64,000 nucleotides of DNA from Eledone cirrhosa (GCA_964016885.1 OZ024753.1:45508001-45572000), one strand, 5' to 3'; counted from the first letter of the stretch, positions 33,087 through 53,438 are shown. A program made the numbers and translations. The notes: generated from the letters alone by a model not told the origin.

Positions 33087-34619
33087 TATATATAATTTTT
33101 GATCCACCTGCACCATATGCATCTGTTCTATATTTTGCTGCTAGTTTCTCTCTCCATATTTTCCTGCCATTATCTTTCCATGCAGCATATAACTATATTG
33201 TATATTTGTCTATGTCAGAAACATTTTTAGCTGCTTTCCAGTTTGCTATTTAAGGAAGAGTTTCACATCAAACATGGTTGTTTTTTTCTACTTTTTTTCA
33301 CGATTCTGCTAAACGTGAATAATCAAAAACGGTGTCAGTATGACTAGTCCAGACATACAATTATTCTAAAGGAAATAACAACAACAAGAACAACAACAAC
33401 AAGAACAACAACAACAACAATAATAATAGCTACAATGCCAGCGTGCTGTTGGAAGAGAACACCTGCAAATGGAATAAATGATGCTCCGTTTTCTATTATG
33501 TTTTATACGTAAAGGCTTCTCCCCTATGATTGGGTATAAACGAATAATTACGTTTAGCATTGACTCAGTGACTGCATGATACAATCGAACATATTCAGAG
33601 AATCAATAGCCACAATGTTGTAGCTATTATATATAGTCTCATTGTGCACTTGTCTGTCTACACCATCTCTCTCTCTTTCGTACTGTGTCTGTGTCCCTTT
33701 CTTTTTCTCTCTCTCTCTCTGTCACACATACACATATGCACGTATGTTCATACATATACACTCTCTTTGTCTCAATGTATATATATATATGCAGGCGTGC
33801 ATCTATGTGTATGTATTTATATATAGAGAGATAGAAGACTGGTGGTCTTTGCCAGTAATTCTTCTTACAAATCCTGTAAAGTAGATTGTAAAGACGGAGT
33901 GAAAATAACCCCAAACTTTTAGTAGTTCACATTTATTGTGTAATTCATTTCAGGCATTCCACATTTGAATACAATCTCTAAGTCTCCTATCTGGGAGCAA
34001 TCATTGGACAAGGTAAATAGTGATATTAGCTTCATTATGATCTAATGATACCACACAATGAGACGACTCTGCTTCCTTTTCGCTTCTATGTGGTTTGGTA
34101 ATTCTACGGTAATTCCTTTACTTTCTTTCATACAGCAGTTCGACTGATTTTATATACATTTCATAGTAAAGATTTAGCCTCATGTTGATACTTCGACATG
34201 AGTTCCCACTTCATATTTCGAATCTAAACTGCTTTAAATAGATATTTAGGCCTCTCCTCAGCAGAAATTGCTGGAAATCTCTGTTAGTAATAATGATATT
34301 AATAAGGACCATCTCTTTTCAACATATTGGTTATAGTGAAGAAATAAAATGATGGATATAACTCCTAGGTTATATTATTTGAAGATAATCACTATAGTAG
34401 CAAGCTGAGAAAAACATCACTCCTAAGGAGACTGACTCGGTTTACGCGGAGAAAATTAAAGAAGGTTAATAATTGTTTCTACTATTGGCACAAGGCCAGA
34501 AATTAACCAGTACATTACCGGTACTTTATTTTAGAAGGTTAATAATGTAATATAGGTAGAGCTCTGAATATCTTTAAACAGAGTAGAAGGTTAGACAAGA
34601 TTCCAAACCTCATTCGCTT

Positions 34620-34822
34620 ACCAAGTCGGGTGGAACTCGTCAAACAGGACGAAACAATGTTTTTCGTTGTTGATGCTATCTACCAGTCGTAACTCCTGGC
34701 ACAAAGAGCAACATGAAGCAAAGTGTCTTGATAAGGATCATAACGTATTGGCCGTTCCAGGAATAGAACACGCAAACTCACGATTGCGAGTTCAATTGCC
34801 CAACCGCTAAACCACGCGACTT
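34620..34822 (-). mobile_element. SINE family B (tRNA-headed) copy
   Basis: gagcaacatgaagcaaagtgtcttgataaggatcataacg...ccaggaatagaac...accgctaaaccacgcg, shared with 35070-35196. Confidence 0.75.
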
Positions 34823-35069
34823 CTCAAAACTTATCTAATTGGTGGCGTTCAATCAATTTCTTCATGGAGAGATTCCGGATGGCAGAAAACCCATTAAATC
34901 TAATCCACAACCGATCCTACAAAAGACACGAAGTAATATCCTTCTTCGTGATAATATTTCCACATATCTACATAGTTGTGGAAATATCTACATATCTCAC
35001 ATATATTTGACGATGAGACGTAAAGTCATGAATAACAATAGGTTATTGCATTAGACACTAATATATACA

Positions 35070-35196
35070 AATCGGACCGAGCAAACAATGTCGGTCGAAA
35101 CTCCAGGTAAAAAGAGCAACGTGAAATAAAGTGTCTTGCTCAAGGACATAACGCATCACTCGGTCCGGGAATCGAACTCACAACCTCAAGATTGTG
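35070..35196 (-). mobile_element. SINE family B copy
   Basis: gagcaacgtgaaataaagtgtcttgctcaaggacataacgc..ccgggaatcgaactc (reverse B-box). Confidence 0.8.
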
Positions 35197-35208
35197 TGTA
35201 TATATATA

Positions 35209-35719
35209 TATATGATATTAATAAATGGAAACTATATTTATAAAACCATATCTATTTCATTATACATATTTCAGGGATACCATATTAAATTATGGTATGC
35301 CTTCATTAGACAAAATACAATATATAACATAAATATATAAATATATAACAGTTATAAATAGATAAATATATAACAGTTTTACAAATAGCTTTGACGTACC
35401 CTTTTAAAATATAACCATTACTTTTGGAGGCTGTCTGGATAGTGATTTGTTTATATTGTTTTAATAAGTCATAGTGTTAAGCACAATTAGAAAAAGACGG
35501 AGATAAAGAAAAAGAAAAAAGACGGAGAGAGAGAAAAGAACAAAGACGGAGAGAGAGAAAGAGAGAAAACCTGGAGAAATATCGGAGATTGTAAAACTGT
35601 TATATATTGTATTTTGTCTGATGAAGGCATACCATAATTTAATATGGTATCCCTGAAATATGTATAATGAAATAGATATGGTTTTATAAATATAGTTTCC
35701 ATTTATTAATATCGTATAT
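35209..35719. repeat. ~120-bp inverted repeat (35209-35329 / 35598-35719) carrying a hammerhead motif in each arm
   Basis: The arms are near-perfect reverse complements with a ~270-bp spacer. Confidence 0.92.
35610..35674 (+). ncRNA. Type I hammerhead ribozyme motif
   Basis: tattttgt-CTGATGA-aggcataccata-atttaa-tatggtatccct-GAAA-tatgt-ATA-atgaaata: long helix II, helix I with G-U pairs. Confidence 0.7.
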
Positions 35720-35827
35720 CTACTCCCAAAACTTGTCGAGTGCTTTATATCAGTTATAAAAATATTTACTTGTTGTATCCCAACAACTTTAAATAGAAGT
35801 TTTGCATATATATATATATATTGTATA

Positions 35828-35864
<37 letters not shown>

Positions 35865-36459
35865 TGTATATATATATATATTGTATGTGTGTGTGTATAT
35901 ATATGTGTGTATTTGTATGTATGTATGTGTGTGTGTATATATATATGTGTATTTGTATGTATGTATGTGTGTGTGTATATATATATGTGTATTTGTATGT
36001 ATGTATGTGTGTGTATATATATATATATATGTGTATTTGTATGTATGTATGTGCGTATGTATATATATAGAGAGAGATTTAGACATATCTATAATTTTTC
36101 TCTGTGACGTGCTCCAATTTTCTCCTCAATGGTGACGAAGTTTTGTAATCTGTAAACTTATTAATGATAGTGAAACGGAATTTCCTGTAATCAAAACATC
36201 AAATAATAGTTTGTAAATGTATCTCGATAATGAATTGTAGTTGTAGAAGGAATTGTATTTTGACAGATGGTAGTAAATTTTGTCTATAATACAACGAATT
36301 CTAATTGAAATCGTTGAAATTGCGAAGATTATCGCTATATGAAATCAGATATTTACAGACTTATCAAGCTGTTTCCTTAATATTCTTCAAAATGTCTAAT
36401 GTTTGCATATTATAGTATTCCAATAAGAACAAAGATTAGCATTTGTTTGTATACATGCT

Positions 36460-36490
<31 letters not shown>

Positions 36491-36562
36491 ATGTATGTAT
36501 GTATATATATATATATATATGTATGTATATATATATATGTATGTATATGTATGTATGTATGT

Positions 36563-37154
36563 GCTACTGGTAACATGTATCCCAGTACAACCTGTCTCAT
36601 GGTCGGGTCGTTGGCGACTAAACTGGCAACCCCACCAAGGTTTCTTGGTGAAGAGGGTGACTTGGACATCCTGCAGGACTAAAAACAAATCCTGTCAAAG
36701 GGCAAAGGAGCTCTGAAGAGTCAATGGCCATCCAAAATCACCGGGAGAGATGACCCCTTAGCCTTTGTCAAGGCAGAATTCTAGGAGAAGGAAAACTCTG
36801 ATATAACACCTGCAACTCTGATGGTATCCAATGATGTTGACTTGTTCTTCTTTTTGGTAAATAACATCTTGGTTAAGAGAGTGGGACTGGCTTTGTGCAG
36901 TGCCTTTGCTCACTATAAAAGCTTCACGGCACAGGCATTGCTTTATATCTGGAGATCTCTCTGCACTTGTCGTCACATGGTACCATGGGCCCAGCACTAT
37001 GTGTCAATAATTGTCACAAGTGTAGTGTTTGTACCAGAGTTTTCAAGTCGTGGGCTGGATTAAGAAGTCACACTCGCTCAGTGCATCGGTAGGGGTTCTC
37101 CTACATGGATATAAAGTAGTGGCCGTACTCGAAAACACGAGTTGGCAGCCACCA
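36563..37154 (+). mobile_element. Bipartite non-autonomous RTE-derived element (5' UTR plus 3' end), copy 1
   Basis: RTE-like 5' UTR motif ctaggagaaggaaaactctga. 37015-37092 encodes [25 protein letters not shown], an RTE-type terminal C2H2 finger. No RT lies between the two parts. Confidence 0.8.
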
Positions 37155-37300
37155 TATATGTATGTATGTGTGTGTGTGTATGTGTATGTATGTATGTATG
37201 TATGTATGTATGTATGTGTGTGTGTGTATGTGTGTGTATGTATGTATGTATGTATGTATGTATGTATGTATGTATGTATGTATATGTATGTATGTATATG

Positions 37301-37423
<123 letters not shown>

Positions 37424-37429
37424 GTATAT

Positions 37430-37544
<115 letters not shown>

Positions 37545-38018
37545 TATGTATATATATATATGTATATATATATATGTATATATATATATGTATATATATA
37601 TGTATATATATATATGTATATATATATATGTATATATATATGTATATATATATATATATGTATATATATATGTATATATATATGTATGTATATGTATATA
37701 TGTATATATATATGTATATATATATGTATATATATATGTATGTATGTATGTATATGTATGTATGTATGTATGTATATATGTATGTATGTATATATATATG
37801 TATGTATATATATATGTATGTATATATATATATATATATGTATGTATATATATATGTATGTATATATATATATATATATGTATGTATATATATATATGTA
37901 TGTATATATATATATGTATGTATGTATATATATATATGTATGTATATATATATATGTATGTATGTATATATATATATATATGTATGTATATATATATATA
38001 TGTATGTATGTATGTATA

Positions 38019-38054
<36 letters not shown>

Positions 38055-38133
38055 TATGTATGTATGTATATATATATATATATATATGTATGTATATATA
38101 TATATGTATGTATATATATATATGTATGTATGT

Positions 38134-38167
<34 letters not shown>

Positions 38168-38169
38168 GT

Positions 38170-38203
<34 letters not shown>

Positions 38204-38232
38204 GTATATGTATGTATGTATATATATGTATG

Positions 38233-38432
38233 NNNNNNNNNNNNNNNNNNNNNNNNNNNNNNNNNNNNNNNNNNNNNNNNNNNNNNNNNNNNNNNNNNNN
38301 NNNNNNNNNNNNNNNNNNNNNNNNNNNNNNNNNNNNNNNNNNNNNNNNNNNNNNNNNNNNNNNNNNNNNNNNNNNNNNNNNNNNNNNNNNNNNNNNNNNN
38401 NNNNNNNNNNNNNNNNNNNNNNNNNNNNNNNN
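38233..38432. other. Assembly gap (200 N)
   Basis: Run of N. Confidence 1.
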
Positions 38433-38816
38433 GAGATTTAGACATATCTATAATTTTTCTCTGTGACGTGCTCCAATTTTCTCCTCAATGGTGACGAAGT
38501 TTTGTAATCTGTAAACTTATTAATGATAGTGAAACGGAATTTCCTGTAATCAAAACATCAAATAATAGTTTGTAAATGTATCTCGATAATGAATTGTAGT
38601 TGTAGAAGGAATTGTATTTTGACAGATGGTAGTAAATTTTGTCTATAATACAACGAATTCTAATTGAAATCGTTGAAATTGCGAAGATTATCGCTATATG
38701 AAATCAGATATTTACAGTCTTATCAAGCTGTTTCCTTAATATTCTTCAAAATGTCTAATGTTTGCATATTATAGTATTCCAATAAGAACAAAGATTAGCA
38801 TTTGTTTGTATACATG

Positions 38817-38901
<85 letters not shown>

Positions 38902-38917
38902 ATGTATGTATGTATGT

Positions 38918-39509
38918 GCTACTGGTAACATGTATCCCAGTACAACCTGTCTCATGGTCGGGTCGTTGGCGACTAAACAGGCAACTCCACCAAGGTTTCT
39001 TGGTGAGGAGGGTAACTTTGAACATCCTGCAGGACTAAAAACAAATCCTGTCAAAGGGCAAAGGAGCTCTGAAGAGTCAATGGCCATCCAAAATCACCGG
39101 GAGAGATGACCCCTTAGCCTTTGTCAAGGCAGAATTCTAGGAGAAGGAAAACTCTGATATAACACCTGCAACCCTGATGGTATCCAATGATGTTGACTTG
39201 TTCTTCTTTTTGGTAAATATCATCTTGGTTAAGAGAGTGGGACTGGCTTTGTGCAGTGCCTTTGCTCACTATAAAAGCTTCACAGCACAGGCATTGCTTT
39301 ATATCTGGAGATCTCTCTGCACTTGTCATCACATGGTACCATGGGCCCTGCACTATGTGTCAATAATGGTCACAAGTGTAGTCTTTGTACCAGAGTTTTC
39401 AAGTCGCTGGCTGGACTAAAAACTCACATTCGTTCAGCGCATCGGTAGGGGTTCTCCTACATGGATATAAAGTAGTGGCCGTACTCGAAAACGAGTTGGC
39501 AGCCACCAT
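38918..39509 (+). mobile_element. Bipartite RTE-derived element, copy 2
   Basis: About 96% identical to copy 1 by manual count. The finger reads [25 protein letters not shown]. Confidence 0.8.
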
Positions 39510-44400
<4,891 letters not shown>

Positions 44401-45065
44401 AGTGGGGAGAGAAAGCTTAGAAAACATGAGAAATTTGTCATTCGTGGCAACACGATAATTAATATAATGGTTTCTACTTTTGGCACAATTAATATAATTA
44501 GCGTGTAGCAGTTATCTGTATCCAAAATATTAACATATTAACAGATATGCACACGTATAAAGCCAACCCAAAACGTAGAAATTCACGTATTTTCCTCGTA
44601 AACCAAGACCTGGAAAATACAGTTCTCTCGGTTAGGCTGTTTTTGTTTGATTACATGTTGTACAAAACTTGAAAAAATGAAAGAAATAACGGCAAATGAA
44701 ATGTCTATTTTTTCTCCGTTGTTCTGTCTCAGAAGTGTAACATCTCAAGTAGATATTCACTAACGATATAACGGTATAGAATATTAACCCCGAATTATTG
44801 CGAGTTACTTCCGCTATTGAACGTACAACCGTGTTCAAATCGTGGAGCTTGTTCATGACACAACTGTAGGTTAGATAAATATGGAGGAAACCAGACGATA
44901 CATTCACAGCTTGCGGCGTTCAGCTTCTCGAACAAGGTAACTTGTGCCAGATATCATTTCATAATTTACCTCAATATATTGTATCTGTTTAATCGGTATT
45001 GTTAGACGTCTTTTGATTTAATCTTGCATTGTTGTTCGGTAGAATGTAGTATCACTGTCTTCTTA

Positions 45066-45108
<43 letters not shown>

Positions 45109-45535
45109 AAAAGAATATATTGATCGCTACGATAAAGTTTATATGTATATATATATATGTGTGTGTATATATATATGTGTGTGTGTATATATATATATAT
45201 TCACACACACGTTTGTAGTAGCGATCGATATAATGACATCTTTTTCTTTTTGATACATTTTACAATAAAAATATCTGTTTATTAATATATAAATATGCAT
45301 GCTTGACCAGTTAAAAATTATTTGATCTCTACTTTGAACGCCTGAAGAAATGGAAATTATTATGAAAATTATTTTCTTATAAAAGAAAAAAAAAAATTAT
45401 CTTTGTGAAATCATTTTAAGGCGATTTTCTTTTGTCTAACGGAAAAGAAGAAAATTGAAATTTAAGAATTAAAAAGAGGCCATTAAATAAATATCAATAT
45501 GAAATGTAAATTCGTTGCGGCACTAATGATAGCTG

Positions 45536-45575
<40 letters not shown>

Positions 45576-45685
45576 ATAGAGAGAGAGGTGGGGAATATGA
45601 ACTCGACTGCGACACCAAGCACTTTCGAATTGTGATCACCTAAACTTTTCAGGGTGTATCTCACTCCCTCCCCTTCTCTCTCTCG

Positions 45686-45733
<48 letters not shown>

Positions 45734-46009
45734 CATGAATGTTACATTCCCATCTCCGCACCGCTGATGTTATCCAAGGAAAAAGCAAATGTTAAACAGC
45801 TCGTGATAATTACCTTCCACATCTCCAATCAGTTTTTAAAATGGGGTGACTGGAGCAACGTGAAATAACAGGTTGACTAAGGACACACCTTGCTGTCTGA
45901 ATCAGGAATCGAAGTCACAACTATTATTCCCCTACGCCTTCACTGATATATTAAGGATATCCAATTAGGAGCGAGGCCACCTATTTGTTCGAGAGGAATT
46001 CAGCTAAAG

Positions 46010-46150
46010 GACCCCAGTAGTGGAGTGCTACTTTAATTCATAGACCCCCCTGAAAGATGAAAGGTAGGATTTGAACTCAGAATGTAAAGAAGAGGGTCAA
46101 ATGTCACAACAGATTTCACCCAACGCTCCAACAATTCTCCAACACTGCTA
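46010..46150 (-). mobile_element. Diverged SINE family A copy
   Basis: gaccccagtag...gatgaaaggtaggatttgaactcagaa. Confidence 0.7.
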
Positions 46151-46562
46151 TATTAGTGAAAAGTCAACCCTAATGTAGAATCCCAAATTGCCTGTAGGAA
46201 GTCGTTTGTCACTATGTCTGACTGCCACCAACATTTAAATGTTTGGACCTGTTTTACATCTTTTTAATCTTTAATATCAAATATCCTTCCACCTACGCAA
46301 CCATACAAGGGCTGGGAATACATTATAATATATTACATATATTATATTCCCATTAGCACATAAACCTATTATGATGTTCAATATGCAGCATGATTTAGTA
46401 ATACACATTAACGGTGAACTTTATGAAATGAAATCGCAAAACAATGTAGCTATTAAAACCATCTGTTACACAGTAAATATCATATACTCTGAATTATTCT
46501 AAATTTTCTTACTTTTTATTGTATCTCAATTATCGCCTTTCTTCACTACATCTATCCTATTC

Positions 46563-47600
<1,038 letters not shown>

Positions 47601-48741
47601 TCGAATTACCCTCTTTCCTCCCACTCTCATTTTTTCTCTAACATATAATCAGAATGTATCTTATTTCATCCCCGCCATTGTCCACGATATATTAATCAAT
47701 ATCACACCATTCATCCTTACTTTGTCTTTCACACTATCCATATTACTCCTCATATCTTTCTACCTCATCAATCTCATCCTTTGTCTATCTAAATCTATAT
47801 ACTTTACCCTTTCTCTTTATCGATATATTATATAATATATAAATACAAATTTTTAAAAACCTCACAAACATAAACCTCGGTTACCTAATATTTTCTGCTC
47901 CGTTGTCTCTTTTTGTTCATCATGTCCACATAATTCCCTCCCTTTCTCACTCATGTACAGCAGCAGCTCCTTAACATAATCTCAACAAATGTTTGTAGGG
48001 GGTCCAAAAATTGAAGCCATCAATTATTCTTGCTAAATCATTTTAATTACATTTAAATAGCGATAAATTATCATTCCATCTTGAGGCATGTGTTTCGATT
48101 GACCCTTTGTCAAGGATGGACTATCTTATTTCTTCAGCGATGCTTTTTTAACGCTATATAGTTTTTTCGTTAATTCCCATTTCATTTTGCTCTCAGCCTA
48201 TCACACATTCCTTTTTCTATTTCATGCTGAATATTTTTTGGCTAAATTTATTTCCTTTTAAAATATATTTCTTTACTTTATAGCTTTACTGTCCTTCCTG
48301 CACACGAATTATTTGCTTTTATCGATATTTCTTTATATTTTACTATATTTTCTAAAATATACCCTCCTCTGTCCTACCACCATGTTTCTAAAAATCCGTT
48401 TAACTCAATATTTTATTCCCAATTTCATGTTATTTCATTACTATATTGTTGGTATTATTCCTGGTTTATCTTAATCGATTATTCCCTCTTATTTTCTTTT
48501 ACGACTTTTTCTATGTATTTCCTTCAAATATTTTTCAAAAACAGTTTTTTATTTGAACACCGTTTTTTTTCTATATTTTGTATTGGTTTTAAGTTTCCTA
48601 TTCAAAACATTTATGATTATTTCAGGGTAGTATTCAGTATTCTATATAGACATTTATTCATCCCTCCATCTATATATCACCGAGATATCTCTCTCTCTTT
48701 CTCTCTCTCAATATATGTATATATATATATATATATACATA

Positions 48742-48819
48742 CAGGGTGTTCCAAAACAATGTATATACACTTTTATTAGAATGCAGTTGAAGTGTGTATA
48801 AATTTTTTGGAACACCCTG
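48742..48819. mobile_element. 78-bp Tc1/mariner-type MITE
   Basis: TA-CAGGGTGTTCCAAAA...TTTTGGAACACCCTG-cTA. The TIRs extend to ~30 bp with few mismatches. Confidence 0.85.
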
Positions 48820-50512
48820 CTATAGATATATATAGAGACTGACCAAAAGTGCAATTGTGGGGTGAGTGAGAGATGGAAGCTAAGAGAGAATGTTTATGTT
48901 TATGTGTGTGTGTGTGAGAGACAATATAAGAGAGAATGAGTGTGTGCATGTGTGTTTCAATTCCAAAGTTAATGATTGAATGATACAAATGTTTCACACA
49001 ACTTTATGAAAATAGTGACCAATTAAAACATGTCTTATATTTCCCCTTAATATAGGAGAATGTTCGACATGTGTAGGTATTGAATAGATGTATGTATACT
49101 GTCTGGATATATATGTATATATTTACCCTATGTTCGTTCAGTCCCCAACCCCCAACATTCTGTGCTCTCTAATGCTGCTTCGTTTGGGTAGGTTAATTAT
49201 GTTTATACACATACAAGCCCAGAGACGAAGTAATTCAATTCACTTTACTACATTTATTTCTCTAAATATCCAGACTGCATCAATATAGAATACTGTACAG
49301 AACCAAATAGTTCTACGCAGAAATAATATACATAATATTACACAATTTTACACATTAAAATTATTTCGATGACTTCATTATTTCCAGTACTCTAAAGTTA
49401 TTAAAGTCTCCTTTGCTAGCATCAAACATTATTTATAGAAAACCATTTGAGATCTTATGTTGATTATCAATTTGATGAAATATTTGCAATTGGAGAATCA
49501 ACTGCCAATTCCGACTGGGAAATGAAGAGTTCACAACATCAATTTATTTTGTTTACATCTTTTATATTTATATGTATATTTTTTGTCGATAATAACAATG
49601 TTTATGAGAGTTTGGAAATAATATCAAGTTGTCTAAATGCTTCTGTCATTTGATCTTTCTTTTTATGCTTTTAAACATTACTATTTACAAAAACCTGTTG
49701 CTATAGCTTCCTTTCTCTATCGTCTTAATAGCTTCACATCAAATTTCCTGAATATATTTAGGAATACAAATTCATTTTATATCTTTTTAAAAAACAACTT
49801 CGTTTCTTAAAACGTTTTTACAATTCTTTATTCTTTTATTACTTTATTAGGTACAATCATTAAATAGTGAAATTGCTCAGGCACCGAATTCGAGGGAATT
49901 TAGTCAAAGCTATGGAACCCTCTACTTATGTTCACTCGATTTATTAAATCAATTAAATATATTTAGTTATTATAAAACCTTGATTTGATGTTTGTCTCTG
50001 TGACAATTCTACCTTTCTCACCTTCCATACTACACTTCTGATTATCCATATTCGCTCCTCTTCTTTCGAGCTCTCTTCTGATTGGTTACCTATTTATTTC
50101 CTGCGTATTTATTTCCTGCGTATCTATTCAAGTAGTAACATCGACAGTCGATCGACTTTCGTCAAATCGGACCAAGGAAACAATGTTTCTATTGGTCTTT
50201 CCAATTGCTATTCCTATCTATCGATCGCAACTACAGGTCCCAACTAAGTGGTAAGACATATATATATATATATATCATTTCCTAAACTCCAGTTTCATCC
50301 CTACAGCGTACACTCCAGTATATGTCGTCTTTATGTCGTCTGGTTGAACAATATGCTTTGAATAATTATCAAAGCAGCTCTAACTTTGTTGTGTTTCAGT
50401 CCAAATCTGATTCTATATTTCTTACTTTCTTTCCTGTCATCTGCCATCTTGTTGTGTAAAATCTAACAATGATACACCAATATTCTCTACAAGTAGTATC
50501 GTCTCGTTATTT

Positions 50513-50681
50513 GTATCAGTAGAGGGTTGGACGCCATGCTTTCTAGCATAGTTACGTCCCTTTACAGTCTGAGTTCAAATCCCGCCGAGGTTAACTTTGC
50601 CTTTCATCCTTACGGGGTCGATAAAATAAAGTACCAGTAATGTACTGGTTAATTGCTGGCCTTGTGCCTAAAGTAGAAACA
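50513..50681 (+). mobile_element. SINE family A copy with 11-bp flanking duplication
   Basis: Full core, with gttatttgtat at 50506-50516 and 50682-50692. Confidence 0.93.
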
Positions 50682-51614
50682 GTTATTTGTATTACCTCGT
50701 ATAATTCAGACTAAACAATCGAGAGATTATTTGTAACTCGATTCAGTGTAAATATCACAAAGATGTTTCTTTCTTTTTATTAGAATTTGAATTTCTCACC
50801 GTTATAAGCATTTAGGAAATTCCACTCACAATTTACAGACAATACAATTAAATACACTTATATATATTCGCTTAATATGACCCTCATCGGAATCAAATAC
50901 TTCATCATCATCACTAGCGCCATCTACTTTTTATAATACATAATATCTAAATCATATAGCAAACAAAAATTAGAGAATATAACTCTTAAACTTATTAACT
51001 ACCCATATAATAACATAAAACACATAGAGATAGACACATCGAAAGGCTAAATGCCAAATGTTTATTGCCTCTATTTTTAACCTAAAGATAAATAAATACT
51101 CAATTTGTAGTTGGGCTTTAACACATTTTCTATGTGTATACTACTTAAAAAATCATTTGTTTTAATTTGCTTTTCTACCAATGTTGCTAACATTGGTAGC
51201 TATTAAATCGACTGTCATCACCGAGATATATCATCATTAGCCTCCGAACAACAACAACGACAGTACCTACTACAGCAGTAACCACAACAACAACAACGAG
51301 AGTACCTACTACAGCAGTAACCACAGCAATAGCCACTACGTCATTATCAACCATAACAATAGCAGTAGTAAATTCTGAACGTGTATTGTTTAATCACTAT
51401 AATCTCCCCCCCCCCCTGCTTCTTTTCTCCTACTTTACGACACATTCATAACCCTTGTCGTACGTCTCTCGCTCTAGCTTCTCTTCTTCTCCTTCCTCCT
51501 CCTCCCTATCATCATCATCATCATCATCGCCAGTACCAACATCATCACCATCATCAACACTATCAACGTTGTCAGCCTGACTGTGTACACGTTGAAAGAA
51601 AGTATAGGGGAAAC

Positions 51615-51715
51615 CAAGGTTAACTTTGCCTTTCATCCTTACGGGGTCGATAAAATAAAGTACCAGTAATGTACTGTGTAATTTGCTGGCCTTGTGCCAA
51701 AACTAGAAACAATTA
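51615..51715 (+). mobile_element. 5'-truncated SINE family A copy
   Basis: aggttaactttgcctttcatccttacggggtcgataaaataaagtaccagtaatgtactg...ggccttgtgcc. Confidence 0.92.
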
Positions 51716-51729
51716 TCATTATCATTGAA

Positions 51730-52395
51730 GAGCCACCAGACGCTCCAGTACGTGATGGGCACGGGAACCGAAAGTGTCATGCTGGAACATGTGTCCGAGT
51801 ATGGCTGATTTGAGGATATACGTTGAACACGTGTAGAACCGATCCACCTATCAAATGAGTCCATCGTGAAGATCGCCCCACCTCTTACTTTAGCCGGGGA
51901 GGACAAGCAGTTGTCATCTGCCTCGTGGCCATGGCGAAAGAAGTCGTGTGGTGACACTTTTGAAAGGGCTGAAGATAAGCAATTTCTTCTTCGACGAAGC
52001 CCTGATTAGTTTTATCAAGTTTCACTTAAAGAGGAAACGTAGGGGCAAGAGAGAGGTGCTGCATTTGAAAGAGTTTATTGAAAGGTAGGAGTGTGTGGCC
52101 CAAGTCAATGGGCCTGCTCTGAGTATGCGACGAAATTGGAGGAGGACAATTGGGAAAGGGAGACTTACTTTCCCTAGTAACCATGGTCACCGAGGCTTTC
52201 TCTGGCCTTTCTCCAATTTTTCCATCTTTTTTTTACACCAGGCGTCAGTAACATTTTCAATGGCTGTGCCCCAGCATGGCCTAAGTCGGATGACTGGAAC
52301 AGGTAAAAAAGTAAAGTGTAAATACCCACACTGTTTCGTCCTGTGCCGTCTTATTTGCCAGCTCTTTGTAGCTTCTTCTTCTTCTTCTTCTTCTT
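51730..52395 (+). mobile_element. 3' remnant of a Tx1/L1-like non-LTR retrotransposon
   Basis: GC-rich. Frameshifted peptides SIVKIAPP, ICLVAMAKEVVW and ALISFIKFHLKRK..REVL..KEFIER*E resemble the Tx1 ORF2 C-terminus. Ends in (TTC)n. Confidence 0.6.
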
Positions 52396-52985
52396 CCACA
52401 ACAGACAATCTGTTAAATATTAACAGCTATATTTTCCTCTGATTCTGTCATCGACTTAATATTGTTCCTGTTATTATTGTTGTTTTAGGCATGACACGGT
52501 GATTGTTGATAATAGTGAAAGTAATGGTAGGACCTTTTTTTTTCCTTTTCCTTTCTGCTTCAGTCGTCCTAATGTTGTTGTAGTTGTTAAAACAGCATCG
52601 ACACGGTTGTTGTTGTGTGTATTTCTAATACTACTGATGATGGTGATAATCTAACATTTTTTTTCTCTTTCTTCCTGTCTCTGTTGTCTTAATGGTGTTA
52701 TTGTTGTTATTGTTGTCTTTGTTATTGCTAGTATAGACATTCACACGGTCATTGTGGCTGTGTATGTATTGGTGAGGCTGTTTATAGTGTCGCTGATGAT
52801 GCTGCTGATAATGGTGCTGCTCTGGAAGAAAGCCAACTGGCTGTTTGGAACTTTCACAAGTTGGCACCGTAATCACTGTCATTGTTTCTGGCTATGCACT
52901 TAGGAGTACATTTACTTAGTGGAAATACTTAATCAACTATACATATGTAAACACAGCGAACAGCCAACAAAACATATCTCTCTCA

Positions 52986-53025
<40 letters not shown>

Positions 53026-53034
53026 GTATAGGTA

Positions 53035-53101
53035 TATATATATATGTATAGGTATATATATATATAGGTGTATATATATATATATACATATGTAATATCT
53101 A

Positions 53102-53140
<39 letters not shown>

Positions 53141-53178
53141 GTAATATCTATATATATATATATATATATATACATATG

Positions 53179-53216
<38 letters not shown>

Positions 53217-53217
53217 G

Positions 53218-53257
<40 letters not shown>

Positions 53258-53282
53258 CATATGTAATATATATATACATATG

Positions 53283-53328
<46 letters not shown>

Positions 53329-53331
53329 GTA

Positions 53332-53363
<32 letters not shown>

Positions 53364-53364
53364 G

Positions 53365-53401
<37 letters not shown>

Positions 53402-53402
53402 G

Positions 53403-53438
<36 letters not shown>

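Noticed and set aside
36575-36630. HDV-like ribozyme at the RTE-derived 5' end
   Set aside because: ccagt/actgg and CTAA are suggestive, but the L3 and P1/P1.1 elements could not be fitted.
51248-51325. 39-bp tandem duplication (and a similar ~33-bp one at 4042-4130)
   Set aside because: Ordinary local slippage duplications.
52631-52882. His/Gln/Asn-rich 83-aa ORF
   Set aside because: Low-complexity degenerate repeat without splice or domain evidence.
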